Source of the DNA: Geosiphon pyriformis uo1
Taxonomy: Eukaryota > Fungi > Glomeromycota
Length of the DNA: 64,000 nucleotides
Assembly (NCBI GenBank): GCA_016748015.1
Contig: JAAOMT010000697.1
Location: 194,868-258,867 of the forward strand
Direction of reading: 5' to 3'
Positions 35,942-49,793 of the stretch are shown here, piece by piece. The translations under genes and the position numbers were made by a program. The notes below the pieces were generated by a model. That model searched no databases and was not told the origin of the DNA. It was given only the letters and a program-made list of their open reading frames with translations. How positions within the stretch are numbered: position 1 is the stretch's first letter; every line of letters starts with the position of its first letter.

Positions 35942-37087
35942 TTAGCCTTTTATTAATGTCAAAAACTCTTCGCGAGTTTTTGCTTGCTCACGAAACACAC
36001 CTAACATGGTGCTGGTAACAGTCATGCTTCCGGGTTTCTGAACACCACGCATTACCATGCACAAATGGCTAGATTGATGTAAGAATTAGCCTTTCGAGTT
36101 GTTTAATAAACAATCTTTGTATATCAATATATCTTTATATATTTACCTTGCTTCCATCACGACAGCAACACCTTGGGGTTTTAAAATCTCTTGAAGTGCG
36201 ATGGCTATTTGTTTCGTGAGACGCTCTTGCACTTGTAAACGCCGAGAGAACATTTCTGCAATGCGAGCAAGCTTCGACAGACCCAGCACACGCCGATTAG
36301 GTATATAACCTATACTGATCTTAAAATGGTTGAGATAAAAAATCAATGTGTAGTCTAAAAATACAATTCCCAAAGATTGTTTAAAGTCCCACCTTTCCAG
36401 TGAATGGTACCATATGGTGCTCACACAGTGAAAAGACTTCAATATTTTTAACAATGACCATTTCATCGTAATCTATGATGTGTAAAAAGGTTGGTCGTTA
36501 AAAATCTATCTGAAAAGTTTCCCAACAAATTTAAAACTTTTCAAAAAAACCTTCTTCGAATATAGCACCGTTAATGATATCTAATAAAGGCAAATTTGAG
36601 AGATCACGTTACATTCGTATTTTTAAAAGTTGATTCATAGATAAAATAGATTGTAACTAACCTTCAATGCTTTCTTCGTAACCTTTAGAAAAAAACATCA
36701 TAGCTTGGGCGTACCTGTCTGGTGTCATTAAGAGTCCTTCCCGATTTGGGTCTTCACCAATGCATTCTAGTATAGTTTGAACGGCTGAAGTTAACTTTCG
36801 TAACCTTTCTCCTTTTTCTTCTTCACCTTCGTTTAATCGTAGTTTTGTGCCAATACCTGTTGGTAGGTAGGAAATTGGGCTTTTGAAATGAGACAAGAAA
36901 GCTTCAATAAATCCGAACAACGGTTTGAAAGGGATCTATAAAACTTACTTGGCCAACTTAGCCCGTCTAAATCAACTGGTGTTAGTGGTAGCGACTCAAT
37001 ACGAGTCGACTTGGTTGGTTGAGGGATGGGAGAAAAATTGCCGTCAGCAAGCGTTGTTTGTTTTGCAAGGTCTCTCGTCAGTTCCAT
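35942..37087 (-). CDS. FOL2: GTP cyclohydrolase I
   Basis: [17 protein letters not shown]; [21 protein letters not shown]; [29 protein letters not shown]; [11 protein letters not shown]. Confidence 0.96.
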
Positions 37088-37230
37088 TTTAAAAAAATAT
37101 AGAAAGGAGCCTAGAGAGTTAAAAGAAAATTTTCTTTGACTTTTTCATTTTTGCTTTCATGGGTAATAGTTTTTGGAAAAATGGTTAAAAAAATTATTTT
37201 TATTTGAAAAACAATTTATTTATATATATA

Positions 37231-37249
37231 ATGATAATAAATAATAATG

Positions 37250-37335
<86 letters not shown>

Positions 37336-37339
37336 AATA
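37231..37339. repeat. (AAT)n microsatellite
   Basis: About 35 near-perfect AAT units upstream of LINE-C. Confidence 0.95.
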
Positions 37340-37461
37340 ATTTTTATTAAATTATAATCGATTATTTAATTAAAATTAAAATAATATTCTAATATATTAA
37401 TTCAAAAATTACTTATTATTATTATTTTATTAATTATTTTAGTAATAAATAAAAAAAAAAA

Positions 37462-40400
37462 ACTTCTCTCTCTTATCTCCAAAAATTCTCAAAGAGCGTA
37501 GTTTCTGAAATAGAAGTTTTTTTATTTTTCTTGCTAGTTTATATCAATATTTCTTTACCTAATAACCTATTTTTCGTGATTCTGAAGGCTACTGCAGATA
37601 GCCTCATGTCTAAAAAAAAGGCACCCAAAGGTGCTTTTCATAATCCTGCTGGTGGTTTCTTTTTTCAGAAAAAGAGAGTTATTCTTGGTAATGTTAAACA
37701 TTCTGGTGATGAGAAGGATATTTCTTTGAATAAATCTGGACCAGATGATAGTATATATTTTGATGTAAATAGTCTGTTTGGTAATAATAAGAATGTTAAC
37801 ATGTCTGGTGTGAATAGTGGATCTCTTTTGGGCTTGACTGCTACTACTCTTAAGACAAAATATGTTAATACTAGTGCTGTTTTTGGTTCTTTACTCAGGT
37901 CTTCCAATTTTAATATGGATAATAATGAAGTTGTTCTCCCTTCTCACTTCCTCATCTTTTTGGACAAGAAGTGAGTTGACCCAAAAATCATTAAAACTTC
38001 AGTAGAGATATTAGTTAAAAAGTTATTTACTTTGAATATTGATCTTTTAGCAATAGAGAGCAAATCTGCCATAGCTAAAACTCAACTTATCAGAAAATTA
38101 TTTTTATTAATCAATGGTTTTGGGAGGGCCACTACCTCCTCAAAATTTGAAGAGATTATCTGATCTATCTTTACTTCAAAAAATAGCATGGAAATGACTG
38201 CTTTATTGGCCAGAAAGAAAGGAATCAATATAAACAGTAATCTTAAAAGACAAAGAATAAGATCAAATTAGGCTGTGATAATCAAAAAAATTCCCATAGA
38301 CACACCTAAAAATATAATCATCATTACAATATCCAAATTTGGAGAAATTAAGTTGATCAAAATTTAATTGATTGAAATATGGTAGAAGACTGTAGTAGAG
38401 TTTGCCAAATTGGATTAGGCTAATTAGTTGGCTTTAAAATAGTCATTCCTAATTGAGAAAAATTCTGTGTGCATAGTTAGGGCTGTGAGAAATTGTGAGA
38501 TTTGGACATCTAGGGATCAGTTTAAAGCACTTTTGTTTACCTTATCAGTAAGAACAACAGCACATGATCTGGAAACTTTGTTAGAAAGGGCTGGTAGGAA
38601 AACATATGTTATCAATCATTTCTTTAGTACTGGCAATTAGGTTTGTTGTACTGTAATTGGTTTCAAATCCAACAAAAACCTAGAGTTTGTCTTTTGCACA
38701 AAGCCAATTTTGGATGGTATTAGACTTTCATGAACTAGAATGGATTTGGTTTGTTGTAAAAAATGTGAATGTTTTGGACATTTTGCTCTTAAATGCAATT
38801 CCTCAAATGTATTAGTCCCATCTTCTCCAAAATTTTATAAAAAAATTATCTTAGACAAAACTCATTTTTAGCTTGCTAAATTGTATGTGAAAAAGAGTGT
38901 TTTAATCTTCTGCTCTACTGTCTTTGGTAACAAATCTTGAACACAGATGGTTTTACTTGTTTCTTTTTTTGGTGGTTCTTATTTTGGTTTTGGTTTTTCC
39001 CTTTTTGATGCCTTTGGTTTAAGTAGTAATTCTCTTCTTATTTTAACTGATAACTTATCTTTGGATGCTCAGTTGGCTTCTTTGGAATGCTCCTTAGAGT
39101 TTTTGGCAGATCAGGTTTTTGGCATTGTGCAAAAGCTAAGCAATATAATACTGGTATTTGTGGCTTCTCTTTTTTTTCTCACAACTTGGCTGTTTCAATA
39201 ACTGTTGATTTAGATTTGAGTCTAAATATGGTTTTGGATAGTCTTGAGTTGATGTTTTCATCTTTTTTTCTTGCTATCTCTGATATTTTAGCTTTGGATT
39301 CAAGTAATTCAAAAGTTTTAACAGCCAAAATAGACAGTTTGAAGTCGAAATTGGTGGCTTTTGATGTTTCTGTGGATTCAGTTCTGGCAAAATTAGATTA
39401 GTTGTGTACTGACTTGGGTCTTCTGGTGTCTTTTTTATCTCAATAAGTAATTTGGTTTAGAAAATTGCTACATGTAATGTCTGTGACATTAACATTCTGG
39501 CTAAACAAGAAGATATCATATATTAGTATGTAGATTTAGATAACATGATTTTATTTATCACAGAAATGAAGTTAAGGTCTAACATTAGGCTGTGGATTAT
39601 AAACAAGTTTGAAGAGATGTGAATTTTTTCTTCTAGTTTGGACAAGGATTTTCTTGGTGCTGAGATGGCTATTATTATGAACAATTCTTTGGTTTATTAT
39701 GTTTCTAAGATTGAGAAAGTGTCTAATCAGGTCATTTTGGTATGGCTTTTCTTTAAAGGCAAGCTTTTAGTTGCAATTTTGGAACTGTATGCTAATGTTT
39801 CTGCTAAAACTAAGTTCAGTCAGGCTTTAAAAATCAATTTTTTTGTTGCTAAAACTGTTAATTTCAGCACTTTTACAGTTCTAAATGGAGATTTTAATAA
39901 AAGTAGGTCTAAGAAGAATGCAAGTTTCAAGTTCTGCTCAGATCTGAATTTGGTTAATTTATTTGGTAGATATCTGTTGGTCAATGCTTCTACATAAAGC
40001 AATTTGAGGAGTGTTGAAAAAGTTATTAATTATATCTTTATGAGTAAAAGCTTATTGTTTATGTTGACCAGTTATAAGATTGTTTCTGTCTCTAATTTCT
40101 TTGATATAAACCACAAAGCTGTTTTGGTCTCAATTAGTCTGGATGGTTTTTTGGATGCTCATCTCAACAGTATTTGTAAACAGACCAATAAAAATAAATG
40201 AAAGTTCAAAATCAAGAATACTGATACTAATAAGTGAACATGTTTTAGAAAGTGTTTACTAAACAAATTTTTAAAGAAATCATCTGAATTCATTTGTGCA
40301 AAAAATAGTGGAAATTTGGATATTATGTGAAAGATTTTGAAGAATGTGGTGATTAGTTCTGCTAATGAGGTGTTTTTTAAGTTCTGGTTTAGTGATTTTA

Positions 40401-43400
40401 AATGCTCAAGAAATAAACAATTATTAAAATTTTTTAAGCTGGAGCTATTGGTGGCCAGGTTGGTAAAAAATTTGAGTTTGTTTCAGAGTTTGGATGCCTA
40501 TTGTTTTGTTAATACATAATTTACTCTTAATTATAAAAAAGCTTCTAAGGTGTACATTGTTATTAGTAGAATTTTAGTTATTAATTAACATAAAATTATC
40601 CTTATAATTCCTATTATTAATTAGCATATATTATTATTATTTTAACTATTACTTATTATTTAATCAAATTATCAAATATTATTATTCAATTAATAATTCA
40701 ATTTGTACTATAAAAATTAAGATAATCAAATTACACAATACCCTGAACTAGTTAATATAGTCAAAATTCGCTAAAATTGATGAAAATTGGCTGAAATAAT
40801 CAATAGTTTGTAAAAATAATTTGTAGTTTGCTAAAATGTATCTTTAGTTTGCCAAAATTAGAGCAAAGAGAAAAGTGCAAGTTTAAAGACTAGTACTATA
40901 ACAAGTTATATAAAAGAAAAGCTTCTCTCTTTAAGAAAATGTATTTTTTCATAGTATTTTATCATAATATTTTACTTTAGATATTTTAATTAGAACAAAT
41001 CACTTTTTATACATCTTAAATAAAAAATTAAATATTTAAAACCCAAATTCTTTGATTATTATACTTGAAATTCTCTCAACATAACTAACATTTCGAAATT
41101 GGATAGCTACCAATTTCAGTAATCTGTTAGTGACTTCAGACCTGAATAAAAAACGTTTTTCTTGTTAGAATTCTATTTCTTTTACATTTTTTTTATTTTT
41201 TCTTTCTTTTATTATTATAATCATTAGAGTAGTCTACAAACAAGATTTCTGTAAAAGAGTTGACTTTCAAAGCAAAGTAACTACACATTTTTAGTGAGCT
41301 TCCAGATGAGCAATTTCTGGAAAAGATTTGACATTTACTACAACATAATTACATAAAGCAATTGACATGAAATTGGCTATTCTACTTATAAGCCCAATAG
41401 TTCAAATTATAAAAAATAATTTGAAGATAAATTTAGTTATTGAAGATTTAACTACTTCCAGAAAACAGAAATTCACAACAAATAAACATTAACAACATTC
41501 AAAAAAAGAGACCAAAAACCTCTGGTAACAGTGCTATGCTTAATGGTAGTGAAGACATAGAAAAAATTTTGCATTATTTGTTAAGAGTTAAGAAGAAATA
41601 TTATAGGTCCAAATATTATGAATTGAGGATTGTCAAAGATGTTTAAATCAGAAAAGCAATAGACAAGCACATAGAAAACTTTTGTTCTGATAAAGAATAT
41701 ATGATTAAGAGTGTTTTGGAATGGCTATTTCAAAAGATAATGCTCAATCATCTGATAGTAAATGATAAATTGATTCTGTTGCCAAGTAAAATTAGATTTA
41801 TGGTCAATGTTATTATAAAAGAGTGGACAAAAAAATAAGTGGTACCTGATTTTTTGTCTGCTCATTGGTCTAATTAATATGTTCCTCTGGACTATGTTAG
41901 TAATAATGCATTTTCAAATGTTATGTGTGAGATTGAGCCTAATGAGTTTTTCCAAGTGGTCAAAGATTTGCTTGATGGAAAAGCTGTTGGCTTTTTTGGT
42001 ATTTTTAACAAACTTTGAAAGTATAGAAATGTCCAAGTTCTAGATAGTTTGTTAAACATTTTCAATACATGCTTGGTGCTGGATGTGGTGCCTATACAAT
42101 AGAAGCAAGTCTGGGTTTCTATTATATCAAAGCCATATGACTAGAAAGAAATTTTTACTAATACCAGACCAATAGTATTGATTAAGACAGCCCAGAAGCT
42201 GTTGTCTGAAATCCTGTTTAACAGGATATCTCTGGCCTGTGGTGATTTTAATGTCTTATATAATGATAACTTTTCGGTTTTAAGAGGTACATTTACTCAA
42301 ACTCCAATTTTCACTGTTGGTTTGATAATTAAGGATGTACTGGAAAAAAACAGAGAGCTGTGGTTAGTTCTCCAGAATATGTGGAAGGCTTATAACTTAG
42401 TTGGATGGTTTTATTTGTAAAACAGTTTGGCTAAAATCAAAATGTGCCTCTGTTTTGTAAAGTTTTTTAGAAGCATACATAATGATCAGATTAATTGGAT
42501 AATAACTAACTTTGGGCTTACCAATAGATATGTTGTTCATAATAGCTTAAATCAAGAGGAAGTTTTTTACCACTAATGTAGAAAATTTTTTATGATCCTT
42601 TGTTTTGTAAAGTCAAAAGACATGAACAATTATGTGGTTACAGATTGAGTTTAAAATTTTTTACAAAGACTGATAAGATAGATTCTAGGAGTGGCAAAGA
42701 ATTTTTTTTGGCAGTTAGCACCTTTGTTGATGACACTATTTGAATTAAAAATTACATGGTGACTACATAGTGCATTTTAGATATTGTAAGTAAGTTTTTT
42801 TTGATCAACAATATTTTGATTAATATGGACAAGACTATTGTCATTCTTATTAACCAAAAAGCTAAGGTAGCTATGCTTTCTATTAATAGATCTAATATCT
42901 CAATAGCCAAAAGATGTGAATTCCATCAATATTTGGAAATTTTTTTCTCAACAGATGGCCTATCTAAGTCTAGCTTAGCCAAAGTTCATTTGAATGTCAG
43001 GTTTTTTTCAAATGTGGTATTAAAAAAAACCATCTCTAAAAAGCAGTTTTTGTATTTAGTTTTTGCTGTTTTGCAACTCATAATTAGCTATAAGTTACAG
43101 TTTAATTGTGTTTTAAGAAGAATGTATGAGAAATGGGACAAAATGTTGAGAAAGAGATTGAAGCTCAAAGCCAATCTGCCCAAAAATTTTCCAAATGAGG
43201 CTTTGTATTATCTTGAATTGTATAGTCTAAGGACTTTTGAGCAAGTGCTGACTGAGAATCTATTAACTGGTTTGATTAATTTTGCTAATGCTAATAGAAT
43301 CTTCAGTAATTTGTTCAAACATAGAGTCATAGAACTGCAGACTGCTAGCTGAATGCTCTGGCACCTTTTTAGTTTTCTGGTCAAGTTGGTAATTTATCTA

Positions 43401-45298
43401 ATAAATTGCTTTTTGACTGATACAACATGTGTTCTTGTTTTGTGCAACTTGTCTTTGAGTGGTAATTTGTTTAATGTTTTTTGAACTAAGAATATAATTG
43501 CAGTTCTGGATGTATTGAGCTTAAATTACTATTTGGGTGTGGCAAAGTTACTTAAGAAATATGGCATTGTGTTTGTAAACCAGCTTTTGGACTATTATGA
43601 CATATGTTTCACATAAAACACTTTTTACAGATAGAAAAAATTGGATCTTAAAGGCCCAGTTCCTGTTTGGTTTGGTTTTTTAATCAAGTTTGTTAATGAA
43701 AGTGGTTTGTTATATAGTGAATTGTTGGCTTTTCAGTTTGTTTCTGCTGGTTTTTTTTGTGACTTTGGCTATGTTTGTGAGCATTTGTTGGATCTTGGGC
43801 TGGGTTTTGTGAATGTCTACATAGATAGCTCTGTTAAAAGTTTGGGATCAGTTGGTGTTTGTAGAAGTGCTGCTGTCTATTTTTCAGATGTAAATACTAG
43901 TGTTGAAATTAAGGTAGATGAATTGTTTTTCTCAACTTTGGTAAAACTACAGGTTATTGCTTTTGCTTTGGAATATGTGTCTACTTCTAAGTCAATTACT
44001 TTGTTTATGGACAATTAAGCTTTGCTAAACATGTGCTGCTTCTATAGTAGTGTGTTTGATTCTGATTTTTGTGATAAATGCTGGATTGAAAAAAAACATA
44101 TCTATTAGGTCATTTTAAGAAAAAATTTGTCAGTTACATGAAATAAAGTCAAGAATCATTCTGGTAATATTGGAAATGAACATGCCAATTTTTATATTAA
44201 TGTTACAGTCAATTCCAAATCCTTTTTGTTTCTTGTAGTTCTATGTTATTTTCTCAATACTAAAGACAGGTCTATTTCTAAAAATGCTTATTACTTTGCT
44301 AGAAATTTGTTCAATGCTGTTAATTTTGTTGGATAGAAAGCCAGATGTATTGATGACATTGTAAATGTGAGTTTCTGTGGTAATTTTGATATGGCTAGAA
44401 CTTTTAGTGTTTGGTACTCAGATGACAAGATATAATCTAACTACACCAGTTCAGTATTAGTGACACTTCAGTCTTATTTCATAAAGACACTGCACTATTG
44501 TTTGCCAATAATTAAAAGAAAGAGAAAGTATAATCCAAAATATCTGAGTGTTGTTTGTATTAGATGTGAATTAATAGAAGACTTTGATCACATATTTTTT
44601 TGCACTAAAAACAGTGATATTAGAGAAAGAATATTGTTGAACATGGCTCTAGAATAAAAAGTTTTGTTGGGTGATTCTGCTGAAAGAAATGTGGTCTTTT
44701 GGTTTTTGGATGAGACTGTTTTATTTATTAATCTGTATATAACATTAACTAAGAGATTTGTTTTGAAAAATTGGGTAACTAATACAGTGTGTCATTTGGA
44801 AGCTAATTCTGAAAGTAGTGTGATGGTTGTTAAGTTGGTTCATTATCTCACTGAAAATCACAAATCTTTTATTTGGTTGTCTGTGATTAAGTTAAGATCC
44901 TACTATGAAAAGCACAACCTTTTGTTACATAATGGATATTTTGCTTTCTTGGTGTCTGATTTGTTATTCTTGTGGTCTTTTTAGATGATTCGCAATTTTG
45001 GCATTAGATTAGGTGTTTATGTCTGCTTTGGTTTGCATTCTTGTTTGTCCAGATTGGACTTTGGTTTTTTAAATAATGTTCCTGTGATGGGTGTTTTGGG
45101 TGTGTAGTGTTGCCTTGTCTGGCCTGAGTGGCTGGTTACATGTAAAAAAAGCATGAGCCACACTTAATTTAGAATCTGTTTTGATTTTATGTACTTACGT
45201 AGTGATTGGGCTGCACTCGTAAAACATTTAATAAAAAATAAAATAAAATAAAATAAAATAAAATAAAATAAAATAAAATAAAATAAAATAAAATAAAA
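37462..45298 (+). mobile_element. Full-length, heavily mutated non-LTR retrotransposon 'LINE-C' (ORF1 ~37607-39446; ORF2 ~39443-45107 with APE, RT, RNase H; 3' tail and (TAAAA)n), interrupted by a solo LTR
   Basis: ORF1 with CKKCECFGHFALKC knuckle. ORF2 KIATCNV, GDFN, FDINHKAV, AFVDDTI, VYIDSS, CIRCELIEDFDHIFFC. Homologous to LINE-A. Confidence 0.92.
40558..41530 (+). repeat. Solo LTR, family A (copy 3), inside LINE-C ORF2
   Basis: TGTTATTAG...CTGGTAACA, colinear with 104-1113. LINE ORF2 resumes on both sides; no PBS or PPT adjacent. Confidence 0.9.
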
Positions 45299-45596
45299 CA
45301 TACACACAAAAATATTTATTTTAACTTATATAAAAAAAGTAAATTTAATATATAATTTGATTAAAACAATTGGTAAAAAAATTGGATTTTATTTAATTAT
45401 TATATTTTTATGATTTTATTTTTTATACAAATATTGTTTTTCATAAAACACGTACATAAACCAAGTTTATTTTTAAAATTTTATTCAATAGTTAACATTC
45501 TTTTTATTATTTGTAATTAAAATTTTCATCAGAAATTCTCGAATAAAATTCCAGCTTGAATTATAATTATTAAAATTTTTTATCGTTCAATAAAGA

Positions 45597-46680
45597 TCAT
45601 CCCGTTTTAATCTGTTCTTCAACTTCATTTTTTAACCAGCACAAATAAACTACATATCCCTTTTCAAATTCTAAATCCAACATACGTTGCGGTAATCTCC
45701 ATATATAAAAATACTTAATCATCTCCTCCAAAAAAGCCAAATGTACCGTGTCTGACCTTAATTCCAATGCGACTATAGCGATTGTTCTCTTCGACGCTTG
45801 CTTTTTGTCCTGGTTCAAGTTTTTCCCATTATCGTCATCATTTAATTCACAAACAATCTGCATTTGATCCTCGAGTAGGGCATTCTCATAATACCGATAT
45901 ATTCCAGCACGACAACATCTCCCAATTGTAGCCACCAATATTTCAACCACATACTCATTATATACACAGTCACAAATTATCACATAGTCCCAGCGTTGTC
46001 GCATCACATCTCGATCGATTCCTCCATGCTCCTTTGGACCCTTAGCCCAAATTAATTCCACAACACTCACCTTATCACTTCTCGCAATTTCTTCTCCCAA
46101 ATTTCGTTTCACGTTCTTCCACAATAGTGGCAAAATCATCGCTTGATCTGTTAAAGTGATAGATTTTACTAAAGGTGCAAGGGTGATGCCTACTAAGCCA
46201 CAGCCTGAGCCTAATTCTAGGATATGTGTGCGGTCTCGGGATAGTTTGAAGAAAGTTTGACCATGAGAGGAGAGAAATAATCGTGAAAGTAAAACGCTGG
46301 GATCCCACAGAACAGAGCCAGTACTTCCGCGAAGTGAAAGAAGTGATTGAGATTGAGAAATCGTAATTGTATGTGTTTCTAAGGATGAAAGAATTTGAAA
46401 TATAAAGATATGATATAAATTGGTTTCAATGAGTATGGTTCGCCTGGAGTAAATTTCACCTACCATTGAGTCTTACCTCTACTACTTCCTTTTTTTGTTC
46501 AACCACTCGATTATGTCGCCAATCGGCTGGTCTTCCTTCTGTATATAGTAAAAAAACTTCCTCATATGGTTCTCTCACCTTTACGGCATCCTTTGGTATT
46601 GTTAAATTAATGAGCTCGAGTTCTTCTCGACTATCAACCTCGTTATCATCGTATAAGTAGTTTTCAGTATCGCAATCCAT
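45597..46680 (-). CDS. Protein-lysine methyltransferase, family 16 (Rkm5-like), 2 exons
   Basis: EEVFLLY; ISQSQSLL..GSTGSVLWD; ILELGSGCG; DYVIICDCVYNE; ELRSDTVHLAFLE. Confidence 0.8.
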
Positions 46681-47973
46681 CAAAAAATTTTAAAACTTAA
46701 ATATATAAAATTTGATAAAATCTCAATAATGATATATAATATTTTTTATTTTAAAACTGACGTTTGTAAATGGATATGTGAGAATGTTATAAAGTACTAA
46801 TGTAAACAAAGTTCTCAAGCGAATTGCTAGTTATGGCCCTGACACAACAGGTAGGGAAAAAGTAGAGTCTATACTTGACAGCTGGAAGGCATTTGCTTTG
46901 CAGACAAAACTGAAAAAAAGCAATAGGTGAAGAAATTAGAGTATGGTCAAACTGTACACACTTATTCGATCGATTATGAACTCTTCGTGCCTACTCTCCT
47001 TTGGCAGAATCTATGCAACTCTTAGTTACTTGGTTATGAACTCTTAGTACGAGGCTTTTCCTTCAAATGAATACTGATATAGTGTATATATTTTTTTTCT
47101 CTAGGAATGGACCGAACATAAAGGAGAATAATAAGAGGCAAGACCTGATTACTGAGCGTAATATTCTAATGGTAGTTATTTCTCTTTGCGAACAAGAGTC
47201 AATTTTAGGCTCTTTTAGTGCATCCTGTTTTACAATACGTTTATAACACATGTGATCATAATGTCAGATTCTAATGTTAAAATGAATGTTCTTTTTTATA
47301 ATAAAAATAAACCACTAGACCTAAAAATAATTGGAGTTTTTCAAACCATTAATGATAATCCACTTGAATTTGGAATGATACTTATGATTTTCCTGAATAT
47401 TTGAAAGAGTATGTTCGCAGATGCTGAGTTCAATAATATGGCAATAAAGCTTGTATATGGTAATTATAAGAGCATAAGACATATGCATGCATGGTTTCTT
47501 CATACACACGGTAAGCAAAGTGCTAACCGTTGAGTTTTGATGTTCTGATATTTATTAAACCAAGTATTTTCATTTCCTAATAGGACAAAATGTTCAAAAT
47601 TTGGGAATGGACTTGCCTGTTAAAAAAATCTACCGCATGTTTCTCCTTGGTCCTTTCCAATTCCCAATCAGTCGGGAGAATCACCATGAACTTTTGCATT
47701 GCTGTTTTTATGAAATTTTGGGATAAGTCAAGTTTTTTGTTCTTATTCTTTCATATTGAAGCATCTCACATCTGATTTTTTTGCAGAGATTTATATATAC
47801 TTGAGGAGTTAAAGAATCCCCCCGTCGCAATTCACTTTTGCGTTCTCAACCCTTAGCGTTGAAGGAATATATTCGTTAAATTAAGCATTCCCCCAAAGGG
47901 CCGATTTGATGGAATTTCTATTGCAGGTTTGGTGTAATGGACCTAAACAACGGCGGGAGAATAATTTAATCTA

Positions 47974-49235
47974 TTAATCTGCAGCCAATCGTGTACGCTG
48001 CAATTTTGGCCGTGCTTCATCCCATGGGCCATGTATTTCACTATATGGAAAGTTTAAAATCCAGGTTATTCTTTAAAGGAGTGGAAAACATTTATCAAAA
48101 AATTTACATACTTTTTGTACTTTTGAATCCAAATAAGCCAAAATGGGCAGCAGAATGTTATGAAAGTGATCCCGGAAATATAAAGTATTACAATAGCTTT
48201 GGAAATATGGAGAAAAAGGGCAGTTGCGAGCAAGAACAAAAGACATGTAAGAGCTATATTGAAATTTGCAGACAAACTCTACAGTATAAATTTGTGAATT
48301 TCCTATGATTAATAATAAATGCATAGGCTTGTGTATATCTCAAAGAATTAGTGTAGTATTTTACCTTTGTGTATCTTCGAAATATTGGGAAAAGAGCGAA
48401 CCATTCAACAGCAAAAGACATCAACCCAAATACATGGGAGTTTGATGGTAATCGTGATGCCAATAAAACAGAAGCAAAAATCGCAGCATTCGTTGAAAGT
48501 GATCCAGGGAATCTAACTCATTCCAAATGTATGATCAAGCTTAATAAAGAGATCAAATACTAAATTCAACATGGCTTACTTGATATTCGTTCGATTTCCC
48601 GAGCCATAATCGTGAAATAGCATATTGGCAAGAAATAGGATGACGGTTAAAGCCCATATAGTGTCACTGCTAGTATCTTTTGTCAATGTCTTAAGTATAG
48701 GGGATAGTCCAAGAAGCGTGGCAAAAAAAACTATTGCCCCTTTAGCAGTTTTCCGCCCTAGAATAACAATTTTTATATATAGATATCAGATACAATTATA
48801 CGATAATGATTAACAGAATTGTGAGCCCTACTTGTGTATTCATAGGAAGGATCCGTCTTGAAAATGCTCAAATCCCAAAATATATATCCAATTGAAGTGA
48901 AAATTGTTCCAATAATGATCAAAATTTGAGCAGACAACATATCAAGGTAAAGGTATATAAATACAGCAATGAATATCACAATGCTGCTAATATGTTGTGA
49001 AATAACACCAGATTCCATAACAACCGTCCAATAATCATATGAACGAAGGTTGGCTAGTAAAACAAAAGATAAAAATTCCGTGGTTAGTTATTTTTTACAA
49101 ATCAATACAATAACAAAGACAATAACCATTTTTCTGTAATTCTTCGAGAAAGGTACTATCAACATAGTTATCGGGGTAATCTTGTTTTATCCATAAAAGC
49201 TTACGCCAGGGATTTTTGGTTTGCGTTGTAGTCAT
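47974..49235 (-). CDS. GPI2: Phosphatidylinositol N-acetylglucosaminyltransferase subunit C
   Basis: PWRKLLWIKQDYPDNYVDSTFLEEL; LSPILKTLTKDTSSDTIWA; SLSTNAAIFASVLLASRL; KYKNEIHGPWDEA. Confidence 0.95.
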
Positions 49236-49793
49236 GAATATAATTCAATAAAGCTAAGAAAAAAGTAATTAAACATAGGTTTAAGCAGATTCTATTAAAA
49301 ATTTTTGTAACAATGACAAATCCACATGAAACTGTTTCATGTTTATAATCTGTTACACTTTGTTACATGTTAATGTTGGTTGCAAAACTAAAAACAAAAA
49401 CAGCTTTGTAAAACCCAAGCGGATGGCTTATTCAAACAGTCTCGGGCATTTGTAGACCTTTTATATAATACTCTCTTAGACAAAATTGATAAATAAATTA
49501 TTACACACATAGTTTGCATTTGCAAGAAAACACTGTAACGGTTATTTTTACCCTTCTACGAGTCTTAATATTCCAATAAGTACCTGATAGTCCGCTGTAG
49601 TGCAAGGGAAGATCCATTGCATTTTAATTTATTGATTAAAAACATTTAATCGTGAGTTCAATGCAGTTCATGACTTTGCGTACTTAATTGCTACAAAAAC
49701 TCTTTAATACATATCAACAGAGAATAGCATCATTAGCAAGACATGGGATGGGACCCAACAAATAAAAAATTTCATTTTATCAGCCTGAATCAT

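Noticed and set aside
47845-47948. CAACCCTTAG as a telomerase template and GGTGTAATGG as an SRP Alu or tRNA D-arm motif
   Set aside because: Does not match CTAACCCTAA; an SRP RNA would run antisense into the GPI2 CDS; no tRNA structure.
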